A DNA stretch of 64,000 nt from Brumimicrobium sp. (GTDB lineage Bacteria > Bacteroidota > Bacteroidia > Flavobacteriales_D > Crocinitomicaceae). Each line of letters opens with the position of its first letter. The first letter of the stretch is position 1. Under the pieces are notes generated by a model. It saw nothing but the letters and a program-made list of their open reading frames with translations. It had not been told where the DNA came from and did not search any database. This document shows, one piece after another, positions 37,856-46,231 of this stretch. The stretch spans positions 11,715 to 75,714 of the forward strand of contig CBFHJL010000001.1 of assembly GCA_965656195.1 (NCBI GenBank), written 5' to 3'. A program made the position numbers and the translations under genes.

Positions 37856-40799
37856 ATTCCTCATTATATCTTGGATCACCGATATAATTGAGTTTTTTAC
37901 TGTGAATAACTTCAAGTGAATAATATCCAAATTCTTCAGTAACTCTTCCATTGATCTGGTATATTCCTCTTCCCTGAAAAGGGAATTTTCTGATGGTTGG
38001 AGGGAAGTGAACCGATTCGAAAAAGTTCCCCCAATAATCTATAAATGTGCCAAAGCACATGTGTTCATTTCTATTGGTCTTTGTATTCTTGATAGAAACG
38101 AGATAGCCATACATTTTAATTTTCCGTCCAGCATATTCATTAAACAAAGTAGCACGAATAGTAGGTTTAACCGGTTCTTGAAGCAATAGAAAGGGGTTGC
38201 ATAAGGGAAAGTCCAATAGCTCCATTTCTTCAAAAGCTTGCTCTAATTTATCTACAGGGAGATTCGGAAATGTGAAGTCCTTATTCTTTTGCTCAAATAA
38301 TTCAGGCTGCTTATCAGTCCTAGTATTGGTCTTGTAAAACAAGTGTACGCGCCATTTTAATTGTTGTTTTTCGCTGGAAATTTTTCGGAATGCTCCGATG
38401 CGTATAAGTAGCAGTACATTCTCGATAGAGAGGTAGGTCCCTTTCAATAACTCTTCAAGTGAAGTAAAAGCTCCATTTACTTCACGATACTGTAATAGCT
38501 TGTAGATATCTTTGCTACCAATACCATTAATTAGGTTGAATCCAAGATAGATGGTATTTCCTTCTACGATCGTCTGCCAATGACTCTTTTGAATGCAGGG
38601 AGGTTCTATTTCAGCACCTTTTCTTTTGGCTTCATGAATGTAGAATTCTGTTCGGTAATACCCTCCAAAATTATTGATGGTGGCAACCATATATTCGATG
38701 GGGAAATAGGCTTTTAAGTATAAACTTTGGAAGCTTTCTACTGCATAAGAAGCGGAGTGACCTTTTGAAAAAGCATAGCCTGCAAAACTCTCAATTTGTT
38801 TCCATATGGTCTCGGTTACCTGCTCTCCATATCCTATTTGTGAGCAGTTCTTAAAGAATTTTTGCTTGATCACTTGAAATTCTTTTCGAGATCGATATTT
38901 ACCAGACATTCCTCTTCTTAAAACATCCGCTTCGTCCAGAGTAAGGCCGGCAAAAAGGTGAGCTACTTTGATCACATCTTCTTGGTAAACCATAACACCA
39001 TAAGTTTCGGGCATGATTTTCAAGAGTTCAGGGTGCGCAGTTTTTCTGCGTTCTTTGCTTTTGTGTCTGAGTATATATTCTCTCATCATTCCTGAATCAG
39101 AAACCCCAGGTCTAATAATAGAGCTGGCAGCAACGAGTTCAAGATATGTGCTCGTTTTTAGTTTTTTCATTAACTGTCGCATAGCGGGAGATTCAACGTA
39201 GAAACAACCCATTGCCTCACCGTTCTGAAGCAATGCGCAAACATTTGGATCTTCTTTGAAATGTGTCACATCATGTATGTCATGAATCTTCTTTTCTGGT
39301 TGATTGTATTTTATGATTTCAATGCTTTCGTGAATCTTGCTTAGTCCACGTTGACTTAAAATATCAAACTTGTACAATCCAACATCCTCAGCTTCTAGCA
39401 TAGAAAACTGTGTCGTGGGAAATCCTTTTGGTGGTAGAAATGTCGCGCTGAACCATGTTGTCGGTTTTTCACTAATAATTATTCCTCCTGAATGAACACT
39501 GAGGTGAGAGGGGAGTCCTTCTATGTAACTACTGTATTTGAGCACGAGTTGACTCATTTCATCAAGTTGGGTTATGTTATATTTTCCACGACTTAATACA
39601 TCAATATCTGATTTTGGAAGCCCGAAGACCTTACCTAGCTCACGAACAGTGGCTCTGAATTTAAATGTATTATATGTGCATAGTAATGCCGCGTTAGGAA
39701 ATCGTTTGAAAATATATTGTATAACCTCGTCACGCTCTTTCCATGAGAAATCAATGTCAAAGTCTGGAGGGTTTTTACGATATACATTGATGAAGCGCTC
39801 AAAGTAAAGATCAAGCTCCAATGGGTCAACATCTGTTATGCCGAGTAAATAGGCGACAATACTGTTAGCTCCGCTGCCTCGTCCTACATGAAAATATCCT
39901 TTTGAGGTAGCGTAGTTGATGATGTCCCAAGTCACCAGAAAGTAAGCGAGATAATCCTTTTTCTCGATCACATCAATTTCACGATGGATACGATCTTTAA
40001 TGACTTGGTTAACGGTAGGGTATCTTTTTGGTAATCCTTGCTGGCATAATGATTCAATTAGCTGCTTGTCCTGTGATTTTGATCCAGTGTATGTTTGAAT
40101 ATTTTGAGCTTCAACTTCATCTCCAAAACTGAAATTGACATGGCAAGACTCCATCAGATTCTCTGTACGTGTTATAATTTCAGGGAAATCCCTATAAAAA
40201 TCATAAAGTTCTTTTTTTGAAATAAAATGATCTCGCTCTTGAGCTTGCTCTTTGGTAGGTAGCTTAGATAGCAAACAATTCTTATCTATTGCACGCAAGA
40301 GCCTGTGAGCATTAAATTCTCTTTTGTTCTCAAATGTCATCGTTTGCAGAATGACCATTTTGTTCATGTTACTTTTTTGATCATTATTCAATTTATTCAC
40401 TTGAGACGGACGAATGCCAAGGTATTCATCATTTCTGTAGACTCTAGGAGCGTTCTTTAGCGGGTATACAGCTATACAGTTAGGTAAATACTCTGTACGA
40501 TCTGGGAATGGTAGGTTTTCATGGAGATGATGGGATATATAGGTGTTGATTTCGTGAAAACCCCGATTGTTTTTAGCAATTAGTATGTATTTCTGATCTA
40601 TTCCGTTTCTTATATCTGCGCCTGCTATGATCTTTGTATCAATTTCTTGTGATAACTTAATAGAACTTAGTATAGCAGTTGTACTGTTAATGTCGGTAAT
40701 AGCTACTTTTTCATATCTATTGTATTTTGCCCATTCTAGAATCCAGCGAATTGACTTCACTCCATATTTTATGCTGTATTTTGAATGTATATTAATCAT
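37854..40799 (-). CDS. dnaE2: DnaE2-type error-prone DNA polymerase III alpha subunit
   Basis: PHP N-terminus (H.KYS), GRGSGANS, PPDFDIDF, KFDILSQRGL, YAFSKGHSASY, OB fold; 981 aa, shorter than replicative DnaE. Confidence 0.88.
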   Translation of the reverse strand: MINIHSKYSIKYGVKSIRWILEWAKYNRYEKVAITDINSTTAILSSIKLSQEIDTKIIAGADIRNGIDQKYILIAKNNRGFHEINTYISHHLHENLPFPDRTEYLPNCIAVYPLKNAPRVYRNDEYLGIRPSQVNKLNNDQKSNMNKMVILQTMTFENKREFNAHRLLRAIDKNCLLSKLPTKEQAQERDHFISKKELYDFYRDFPEIITRTENLMESCHVNFSFGDEVEAQNIQTYTGSKSQDKQLIESLCQQGLPKRYPTVNQVIKDRIHREIDVIEKKDYLAYFLVTWDIINYATSKGYFHVGRGSGANSIVAYLLGITDVDPLELDLYFERFINVYRKNPPDFDIDFSWKERDEVIQYIFKRFPNAALLCTYNTFKFRATVRELGKVFGLPKSDIDVLSRGKYNITQLDEMSQLVLKYSSYIEGLPSHLSVHSGGIIISEKPTTWFSATFLPPKGFPTTQFSMLEAEDVGLYKFDILSQRGLSKIHESIEIIKYNQPEKKIHDIHDVTHFKEDPNVCALLQNGEAMGCFYVESPAMRQLMKKLKTSTYLELVAASSIIRPGVSDSGMMREYILRHKSKERRKTAHPELLKIMPETYGVMVYQEDVIKVAHLFAGLTLDEADVLRRGMSGKYRSRKEFQVIKQKFFKNCSQIGYGEQVTETIWKQIESFAGYAFSKGHSASYAVESFQSLYLKAYFPIEYMVATINNFGGYYRTEFYIHEAKRKGAEIEPPCIQKSHWQTIVEGNTIYLGFNLINGIGSKDIYKLLQYREVNGAFTSLEELLKGTYLSIENVLLLIRIGAFRKISSEKQQLKWRVHLFYKTNTRTDKQPELFEQKNKDFTFPNLPVDKLEQAFEEMELLDFPLCNPFLLLQEPVKPTIRATLFNEYAGRKIKMYGYLVSIKNTKTNRNEHMCFGTFIDYWGNFFESVHFPPTIRKFPFQGRGIYQINGRVTEEFGYYSLEVIHSKKLNYIGDPRYNEE

Positions 40800-40810
40800 T
40801 TCTCTAGATT

Positions 40811-40818
40811 CAAAATTA
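40811..40818 (-). promoter_or_regulatory. -7 promoter box TAATTTTG for dnaE2
   Basis: Consensus match 11 nt upstream of the ATG; overlapped by the first operator box. Confidence 0.6.
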
Positions 40819-40851
40819 ATTATTAATCATTATAATGATTAATAATTAATC
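40814..40851. promoter_or_regulatory. Tandem operator: AATTA-N5-TAATC plus GATTA-N5-TAATC, forming a perfect 36-bp palindrome (40815-40850)
   Basis: ATTAATTATTAATCATTA|TAATGATTAATAATTAAT read directly. Confidence 0.75.
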
Positions 40852-40972
40852 AAAATAAAACAAGTAATACCTCAGGTGACTGTTTTACAGTTTCTTGAAA
40901 AAATCAAAAGAATAAAACGTATAATGGTTATATTTAAAGTGTTGTAGCTATTCAAATAATATATATTCTACT

Positions 40973-42313
40973 ATGATCATTGATATTCCGCATAATAAGA
41001 AAGCAAGAGTTGTTATCATCGGAGGAGGGTTCGGAGGTATTCAGCTTGCTAAGACGTTGAAGAACAAAGATGTTCAGGTTGTGATCATTGATAAGAATAA
41101 TTACCATACTTTTCAGCCGTTGTTGTATCAAGTAGCTACTTCAGTTTTAGAATCTGAATCGATTGCTTACCCCATCCGAAAGATCTTTAAAAAAGCCAAG
41201 AATGTCTTTTTCCGATTAGGAGAGGTGACGAAGATTGACCCAAAAGAAAATAAAGTTTACCTGGATAATGATGAGTTATCGTATGATCATTTGGTGATTG
41301 CTACTGGTGCACAAACGAATTTCTTTGGTAATGACGGTTTGATTGTTAACTCGATGCCGATGAAGAGTATCATAGAGGCACTTGATCTTCGCTCGATGAT
41401 TTTAAATAATTTTGAGAAGGCCTTGCGGAATTCTAATGAGCGAAAGCGAAAGGGGATGATGAATTTTGTAATCGCAGGTGCTGGCCCAACGGGTGTTGAA
41501 TTAGCCGGAGCAATGGGGGAGTTGAAGTTGCATGTACTTCCGCATGATTACCCTGAGTTGGATTTCAGTCAGATGAATGTCTACCTTGTGCAGAGTGGTA
41601 GTAGGGTATTACCGATGTTAAGTGAAAAGAGTAGTGAAAAAGCAAAGCGCTATTTAGAAAAGTTAGGCGTTAACGTAGTTTTAAATACGAGAGTATTGGA
41701 CGTGTCCGGAGATTATGTTCAGACCTCTACGGAAGAAGATATTATTGCACGAACGTTGATTTGGACGGCCGGAGTTGAAGGAAACCCTGTTGGAGGTCTT
41801 GGAAAAGAAGCGATTGTTCGTGGAAATCGAGTAGCAGTGGATGAGTTTAATCGTGTTAAAGGGTATGACAATATTTATGCGCTTGGTGATGTAGCGTCAA
41901 TGTCAACAGAAGAACATCCCAATGGTCATCCCATGATTGCTCCACCAGCTATGCAGCAAGGAGTAAATTTGGGTAAGAACATTCTCCGCTCTCAGAAAGG
42001 TCAGCCAATGAAACCATTTCAATATAAAGACAAAGGCGCCATGGCTACTGTAGGTAAGAATAAGGCCCTTGTGGAAATGGGTAAATTCCGTAGCGGTGGA
42101 ACGTTTGCCTGGTTTGTGTGGATGGGAGTTCACCTCATGGCGCTTGTTGGGTTCAGAAATAGAATCATTACACTCTTTAACTGGACGAAGAATTATTTTA
42201 GTTCCGATAGAGGGATGCGTTTAATGATCTCAAAGTATGATCCAGGAGATGAACGTCGTAAGAAGAAGCAACAAATGAAAAAGCGCCACCTTGCTCAAAT
42301 GGAGAAGGACTAA
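40973..42313 (+). CDS. ndh: Type II NADH dehydrogenase (NAD(P)/FAD oxidoreductase)
   Basis: IIGGGFGG, FQPLLYQVA, GAGPTGVELAG, YKDKGAMATVG. Confidence 0.9.
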   Translation: MIIDIPHNKKARVVIIGGGFGGIQLAKTLKNKDVQVVIIDKNNYHTFQPLLYQVATSVLESESIAYPIRKIFKKAKNVFFRLGEVTKIDPKENKVYLDNDELSYDHLVIATGAQTNFFGNDGLIVNSMPMKSIIEALDLRSMILNNFEKALRNSNERKRKGMMNFVIAGAGPTGVELAGAMGELKLHVLPHDYPELDFSQMNVYLVQSGSRVLPMLSEKSSEKAKRYLEKLGVNVVLNTRVLDVSGDYVQTSTEEDIIARTLIWTAGVEGNPVGGLGKEAIVRGNRVAVDEFNRVKGYDNIYALGDVASMSTEEHPNGHPMIAPPAMQQGVNLGKNILRSQKGQPMKPFQYKDKGAMATVGKNKALVEMGKFRSGGTFAWFVWMGVHLMALVGFRNRIITLFNWTKNYFSSDRGMRLMISKYDPGDERRKKKQQMKKRHLAQMEKD

Positions 42314-43197
42314 GGTATAGCCCTTACTGCATCTGATAGATGTTGAAATTTAAACTTGAAGTTTTCTTTTTCAAGATTTTCAGGAAGTACCCATCGACTT
42401 TTCAAGACAAGCTCTGTTTCTGTTCTAATCACAAAAGCACCTACTGCTAAAAGACATCTAGGGATAGGAATATACCAGTTTCTACCGTGAAACTCCCTTA
42501 CCCATTGCATGAGTTTCTCGTTGTCACTTGGGTTCGGAGAAGTGCAGTTATAGATTGCTTTTGGATTTTCACTATTCTCTATATGTCTTATTATTCTATA
42601 TAGATCTTCTATATGTATCCAACTGAATTTTTGGGATCCTTTACCTTGTGGACCTCCAAAACCAAATTTTGCTAACATCTTTAAAGGAGTAAAAGCACTT
42701 CCGTCTCCAAGTACAATTGCAGTTCTAATAGCCACTTGTTGTACGTTTTTGTGTTTTTTAGCGAAGAAAGCTGACTCCCATGTTCTTGCGACGTGAACGG
42801 AAAAACCGGTTCCTATCTCACCATTTTGCTCTGTCATTGGTCGATCTTCAGCATGTCGATAAATTGTTGCTGTGCTAGAGTTGATCCACTTTTTTGGTGG
42901 ATGCTCACATTCTTTAATGATTTCATGTAGCCTGAGTGTTGTCCAAGTTCTTGATGTTAGCACTTTCCATTTGTTGCGATAGGTATATCTACAATCAACT
43001 GATTTCCCACTTAAATTCACAAGTACCTCAGCGTTGTTGAGTGAATCTATAAGTCCTTCTGTGTCCTTCCAGCTCACTTTTCCCGTCCCGCTTTTTCTAG
43101 AGATTGTGATAACTTCATAACCTAACTCTATGTATCTTTCTTTAAGATAACTTCCGATAAAACCAGTGCCTCCCGCTATGACTATTTTATTTTTCAT
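42310..43197 (-). CDS. TIGR01777/YfcH-family NAD-dependent epimerase-like protein
   Basis: IAGGTGFIG, NLSGKSV, SWIHIED, SRWVLP..L...F.F. Confidence 0.88.
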   Translation of the reverse strand: MKNKIVIAGGTGFIGSYLKERYIELGYEVITISRKSGTGKVSWKDTEGLIDSLNNAEVLVNLSGKSVDCRYTYRNKWKVLTSRTWTTLRLHEIIKECEHPPKKWINSSTATIYRHAEDRPMTEQNGEIGTGFSVHVARTWESAFFAKKHKNVQQVAIRTAIVLGDGSAFTPLKMLAKFGFGGPQGKGSQKFSWIHIEDLYRIIRHIENSENPKAIYNCTSPNPSDNEKLMQWVREFHGRNWYIPIPRCLLAVGAFVIRTETELVLKSRWVLPENLEKENFKFKFQHLSDAVRAIP

Positions 43198-43561
43198 GAT
43201 CTACTTTTTTAAATTCATTAATTGTGATGATTAGATACCCTATCGCCATAATAATTCCAGCAAAGAACATGATCGCAAGGTAAAGGAATAGCAATTCTCT
43301 AAGTAAGATTGTAAGCAAACCTAATATAGCTAATGAAACTAAGCTTATCGTATATCCGGTTGGGTTTGAATTGTTCTTCAACCTTCTATTTAAGTGAAGC
43401 AAATAGCTTAAAAGTTGTACTCCTCCTAATCCAAAGAAGAAGAGAAGGAATGAAGCTCCACAATACATTGGCAGAAATAGGAATGAAATCGAAAGTGCTA
43501 GAATTGTAGCCTGTATAAAGATTTCGACCTTGAGCAGTGTTCTTAAATTTTTAGTTTTCAT
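43187..43561 (-). CDS. Small 4-TM membrane protein (paralog of 63093-63467)
   Basis: Hydrophobic; KVEIFIQAT, GLGGVQLLSYLLH, YLIITINEF. Confidence 0.7.
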   Translation of the reverse strand: MKTKNLRTLLKVEIFIQATILALSISFLFLPMYCGASFLLFFFGLGGVQLLSYLLHLNRRLKNNSNPTGYTISLVSLAILGLLTILLRELLFLYLAIMFFAGIIMAIGYLIITINEFKKVDHEK

Positions 43562-43577
43562 ATTTATATTTTTAAAG

Positions 43578-43595
43578 TTTCAGAAATTATTGAAA
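43578..43595. promoter_or_regulatory. Operator candidate TTTCA-N8-TGAAA
   Basis: TTTCAGAAATTATTGAAA; second copy at 44148-44165. Confidence 0.6.
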
Positions 43596-43612
43596 GTTTG
43601 AATTAAATTTTT

Positions 43613-44116
43613 TTATTTCACTAATTTGAATAGGGTAGCATAGATCCAATTTTCATCAGATCGACTGAATTTGTCTAGTAATCCGTCAACTTTACCTGAA
43701 AATGAATGAATATCTTTCGTTATTTTTTGAAAAGCTAGTGCATCCTTACTGTCATCGAACTTTTCTGTAGATAATTGCTGCATGATCTGAGTTACTGGTT
43801 CTATTTCACGTTTTCTTCTTTCTCTTGCAATTGATCGAGCAACTTTGTTGATGTCTTTTTCGGCTTTGAAAAACTCTTTTCTTTCACCGATGTGATGTTC
43901 TTTATATACCAATCCCCAGTCTTGTAAAGCTCTAAGATTCATATTCGCATTCCCTCTGGAGATTTGAAGTCTTTCCATAGCCTCTTCAGTTGTAAGTGCA
44001 TCTGGCGAAATCAATAATAGCGCGTGTATTTGTGCCATGGTCTTGTTTATTCCCCAACTCGAACCAAGTTGTGCCCAGTGTTGTATAAATGCGCTTTGTG
44101 CTTCTTTTAATTCCAT
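43613..44116 (-). CDS. GbsR/MarR-family transcriptional regulator
   Basis: FIQHWAQLGSSWGINKTMAQIHALL, SRGNANMNLRAL.DWGLV; start set at ATG 44116 after -7 box TATCTTTG (44123-44130). Confidence 0.9.
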   Translation of the reverse strand: MELKEAQSAFIQHWAQLGSSWGINKTMAQIHALLLISPDALTTEEAMERLQISRGNANMNLRALQDWGLVYKEHHIGERKEFFKAEKDINKVARSIARERRKREIEPVTQIMQQLSTEKFDDSKDALAFQKITKDIHSFSGKVDGLLDKFSRSDENWIYATLFKLVK

Positions 44117-44145
44117 CTTCAACAAAGATATATACTTATTTCTAA

Positions 44146-44167
44146 ACTTTCAAAAATAATTGAAAGT
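44146..44167. promoter_or_regulatory. Operator candidate ACTTTCAA-N6-TTGAAAGT
   Basis: Palindrome over the upstream promoter region of the regulator gene. Confidence 0.65.
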
Positions 44168-44221
44168 ATTTGCGTTTTATTTTTCATTTATCTGATTATT
44201 AAATATTTAAAATACTTGATG

Positions 44222-45439
44222 TTACACCCTTCGATTCGCCAATAATACAGGTGGTTCTCCATTGAAAGGATTCGTTCTTCCTATGGTTCTGGCTGTTAAA
44301 CCTGCTGCACGCATTACGCTTCGATCGCCAAACCGATTACGGATATTATCCATAGCCTGATATAAATCGCTCTGTCGTGTATCATCTGTAAATAAGTTGA
44401 TCTGATGACTACCGCTCACAAGGTGACTCAGTCGTATTCCGATCAAGCGAATTCGAACCCTTCGGTTATAAATCTTATCAAAAAGCTCTAATACCAATGG
44501 AATGATCTCGTGATCGGCAGCTGTATAAGGAATCTTTTTTTGTAGTGTTTTCGTCTGAAAATCTGAATAACGTACTTTGACAGTTACACAGGCACAAACC
44601 TTATTTGCTCTTCGCAATTGAAAGGCTAAGTTTTCTCCCATTGCGGATAGAATTCCTTTTACTTTTAAAATGTCAATTGTATCACGATCAAAAGTGCGTT
44701 CTGTGGAAATCGATTTGCGTTCACTGTGTTGAATAACAGGTGAGGGGTCTATACCATGCGCTTTCTTCCAGATCATACGTCCATTCTTACCAAATACTTG
44801 TTCTAGTAGTTCAACAGGCATCTCTTGAAGGGTGTAGATCTTTTTTACACCTAGTCCGCAGAAGGTTTGGTACGTTTTTAATCCTACAGAAGGGATTTTT
44901 CGTATGGATAGTGGTGCAAGAAATGGTCGTTCAGTTCCATAATTTACATTGATTGCATTATTAGGTTTGGCTTCTCCCGTAGCGATCTTGGAAACCGTTT
45001 TGTTTTCTGATAACCCGAATGAAATGGGTAGTCCGGATTCTCTAATGATCTTTTCTCTCAATTCATCAGCGTATTGTTTACAGCCGAAAAAACGATCCAT
45101 CCCTGTGAAATCGAGATAGAATTCATCGATTGAACTCTTCTCATATACAGGAGCTGATTCGCGGATAATCTCTGTGACAATTCTTGAGTATTTAGTGTAG
45201 GTAGATGAATTACCTTTAATTACAATAGCATCAGGACATCGTTGCAGTGCCATTTTCATAGGCATAGCAGAATGAACACCGAATTTACGAGCTTCATAAC
45301 TACATGATGCTACAACACCGCGATCGCTGGTTCCTCCAATCAGTATAGGTTTGTTGTTTAATCGACTGTCGAGTAGACGTTCACATGAGACAAAAAAAGT
45401 GTCCAAATCCATATGGACAATAGCGCGTTCCTTTTGCAT
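44222..45439 (-). CDS. dinB: DNA polymerase IV (Y family)
   Basis: HMDLDTFFVS, GVVASCSYEAR, SIDEFYLD; start set at ATG 45439. Confidence 0.95.
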   Translation of the reverse strand: MQKERAIVHMDLDTFFVSCERLLDSRLNNKPILIGGTSDRGVVASCSYEARKFGVHSAMPMKMALQRCPDAIVIKGNSSTYTKYSRIVTEIIRESAPVYEKSSIDEFYLDFTGMDRFFGCKQYADELREKIIRESGLPISFGLSENKTVSKIATGEAKPNNAINVNYGTERPFLAPLSIRKIPSVGLKTYQTFCGLGVKKIYTLQEMPVELLEQVFGKNGRMIWKKAHGIDPSPVIQHSERKSISTERTFDRDTIDILKVKGILSAMGENLAFQLRRANKVCACVTVKVRYSDFQTKTLQKKIPYTAADHEIIPLVLELFDKIYNRRVRIRLIGIRLSHLVSGSHQINLFTDDTRQSDLYQAMDNIRNRFGDRSVMRAAGLTARTIGRTNPFNGEPPVLLANRRV

Positions 45440-45508
45440 AACTAAGCATTTACAGGTTAAAAAAATGACAATTGGAACTGCATATCGAATTGCTCCTTTC
45501 GGATAGAA

Positions 45509-45516
45509 CAAAGATA
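45509..45516 (-). promoter_or_regulatory. -7 promoter box TATCTTTG for dinB
   Basis: Consensus match; operator boxes begin 16 bp further upstream. Confidence 0.6.
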
Positions 45517-45532
45517 GGTTAAGTTTTAAAAA

Positions 45533-45570
45533 GATTAAAATATAATCAATGAAAAGATTATTAAATAATC
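45533..45570. promoter_or_regulatory. Tandem operator: two perfect GATTA-N5-TAATC boxes
   Basis: GATTAAAATATAATC (45533-45547), 8-bp spacer, GATTATTAAATAATC (45556-45570). Confidence 0.75.
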
Positions 45571-45771
45571 ATTTTAATGTAATCAATTAGCTGGTGCATT
45601 AAACATTAAAAACAGGTTCATGGTGATAGTATAATTTACTGAATGCAAATAATGTAAAAGGAACATTTTTTCTTGACTAAATAGCAATAGAACTGTTATT
45701 TTGAACTAAATAGTGGAGTGATTGAATCAAAAAGTTGGTTAATAATAGCATCGACGTAAATTTGACGAGAA

Positions 45772-46173
45772 ATGGGAATAGTATTGCTTCCAGTCTACTT
45801 GCTAGCCTTTCTAGTATGGGTTTTTGCTTTGATTTTTTTTCTTTTAAGAACTTCTGATGGGCATATGGCGAAATGGTGGAGTATACCTATTGGGATATTG
45901 ATTTCTCTGTTTCTATATGTTTTATTACTTTATTCTTGGTCACTTCAAGATGAAGTATGGGGGTTACAATCATATTTTAGCATACCAATGATTCATATTG
46001 TCTTTCCAGGTCTTGTTGGATTAGCTGGGATATATATACCTAAGCACAGAGTGTTTTGGAATGTAATAGGTTTCTCCTTTTGCTTTGCAGCTATAATCCC
46101 GCCTTTTGTATATTTATTCGCACCTTATTTATTGGATGCAGATACCTTCGTTAATATTAGGCTAACCTATTAA
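45772..46173 (+). CDS. Hypothetical 4-TM membrane protein
   Basis: Hydrophobic ORF with -7 box TAAATTTG at 45757-45764. Confidence 0.7.
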   Translation: MGIVLLPVYLLAFLVWVFALIFFLLRTSDGHMAKWWSIPIGILISLFLYVLLLYSWSLQDEVWGLQSYFSIPMIHIVFPGLVGLAGIYIPKHRVFWNVIGFSFCFAAIIPPFVYLFAPYLLDADTFVNIRLTY

Positions 46174-46174
46174 C

Positions 46175-46204
46175 AAAAAAAACTGCCCACCTTTCGATGA
46201 GCAG
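46175..46204 (-). terminator. Intrinsic terminator after lpdA
   Basis: - strand CTGCTCATC-GAAA-GGTGGGCAG then a T run. Confidence 0.82.
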
Positions 46205-46231
46205 CTGTATTTTATTCTAAATTCCAAACTT

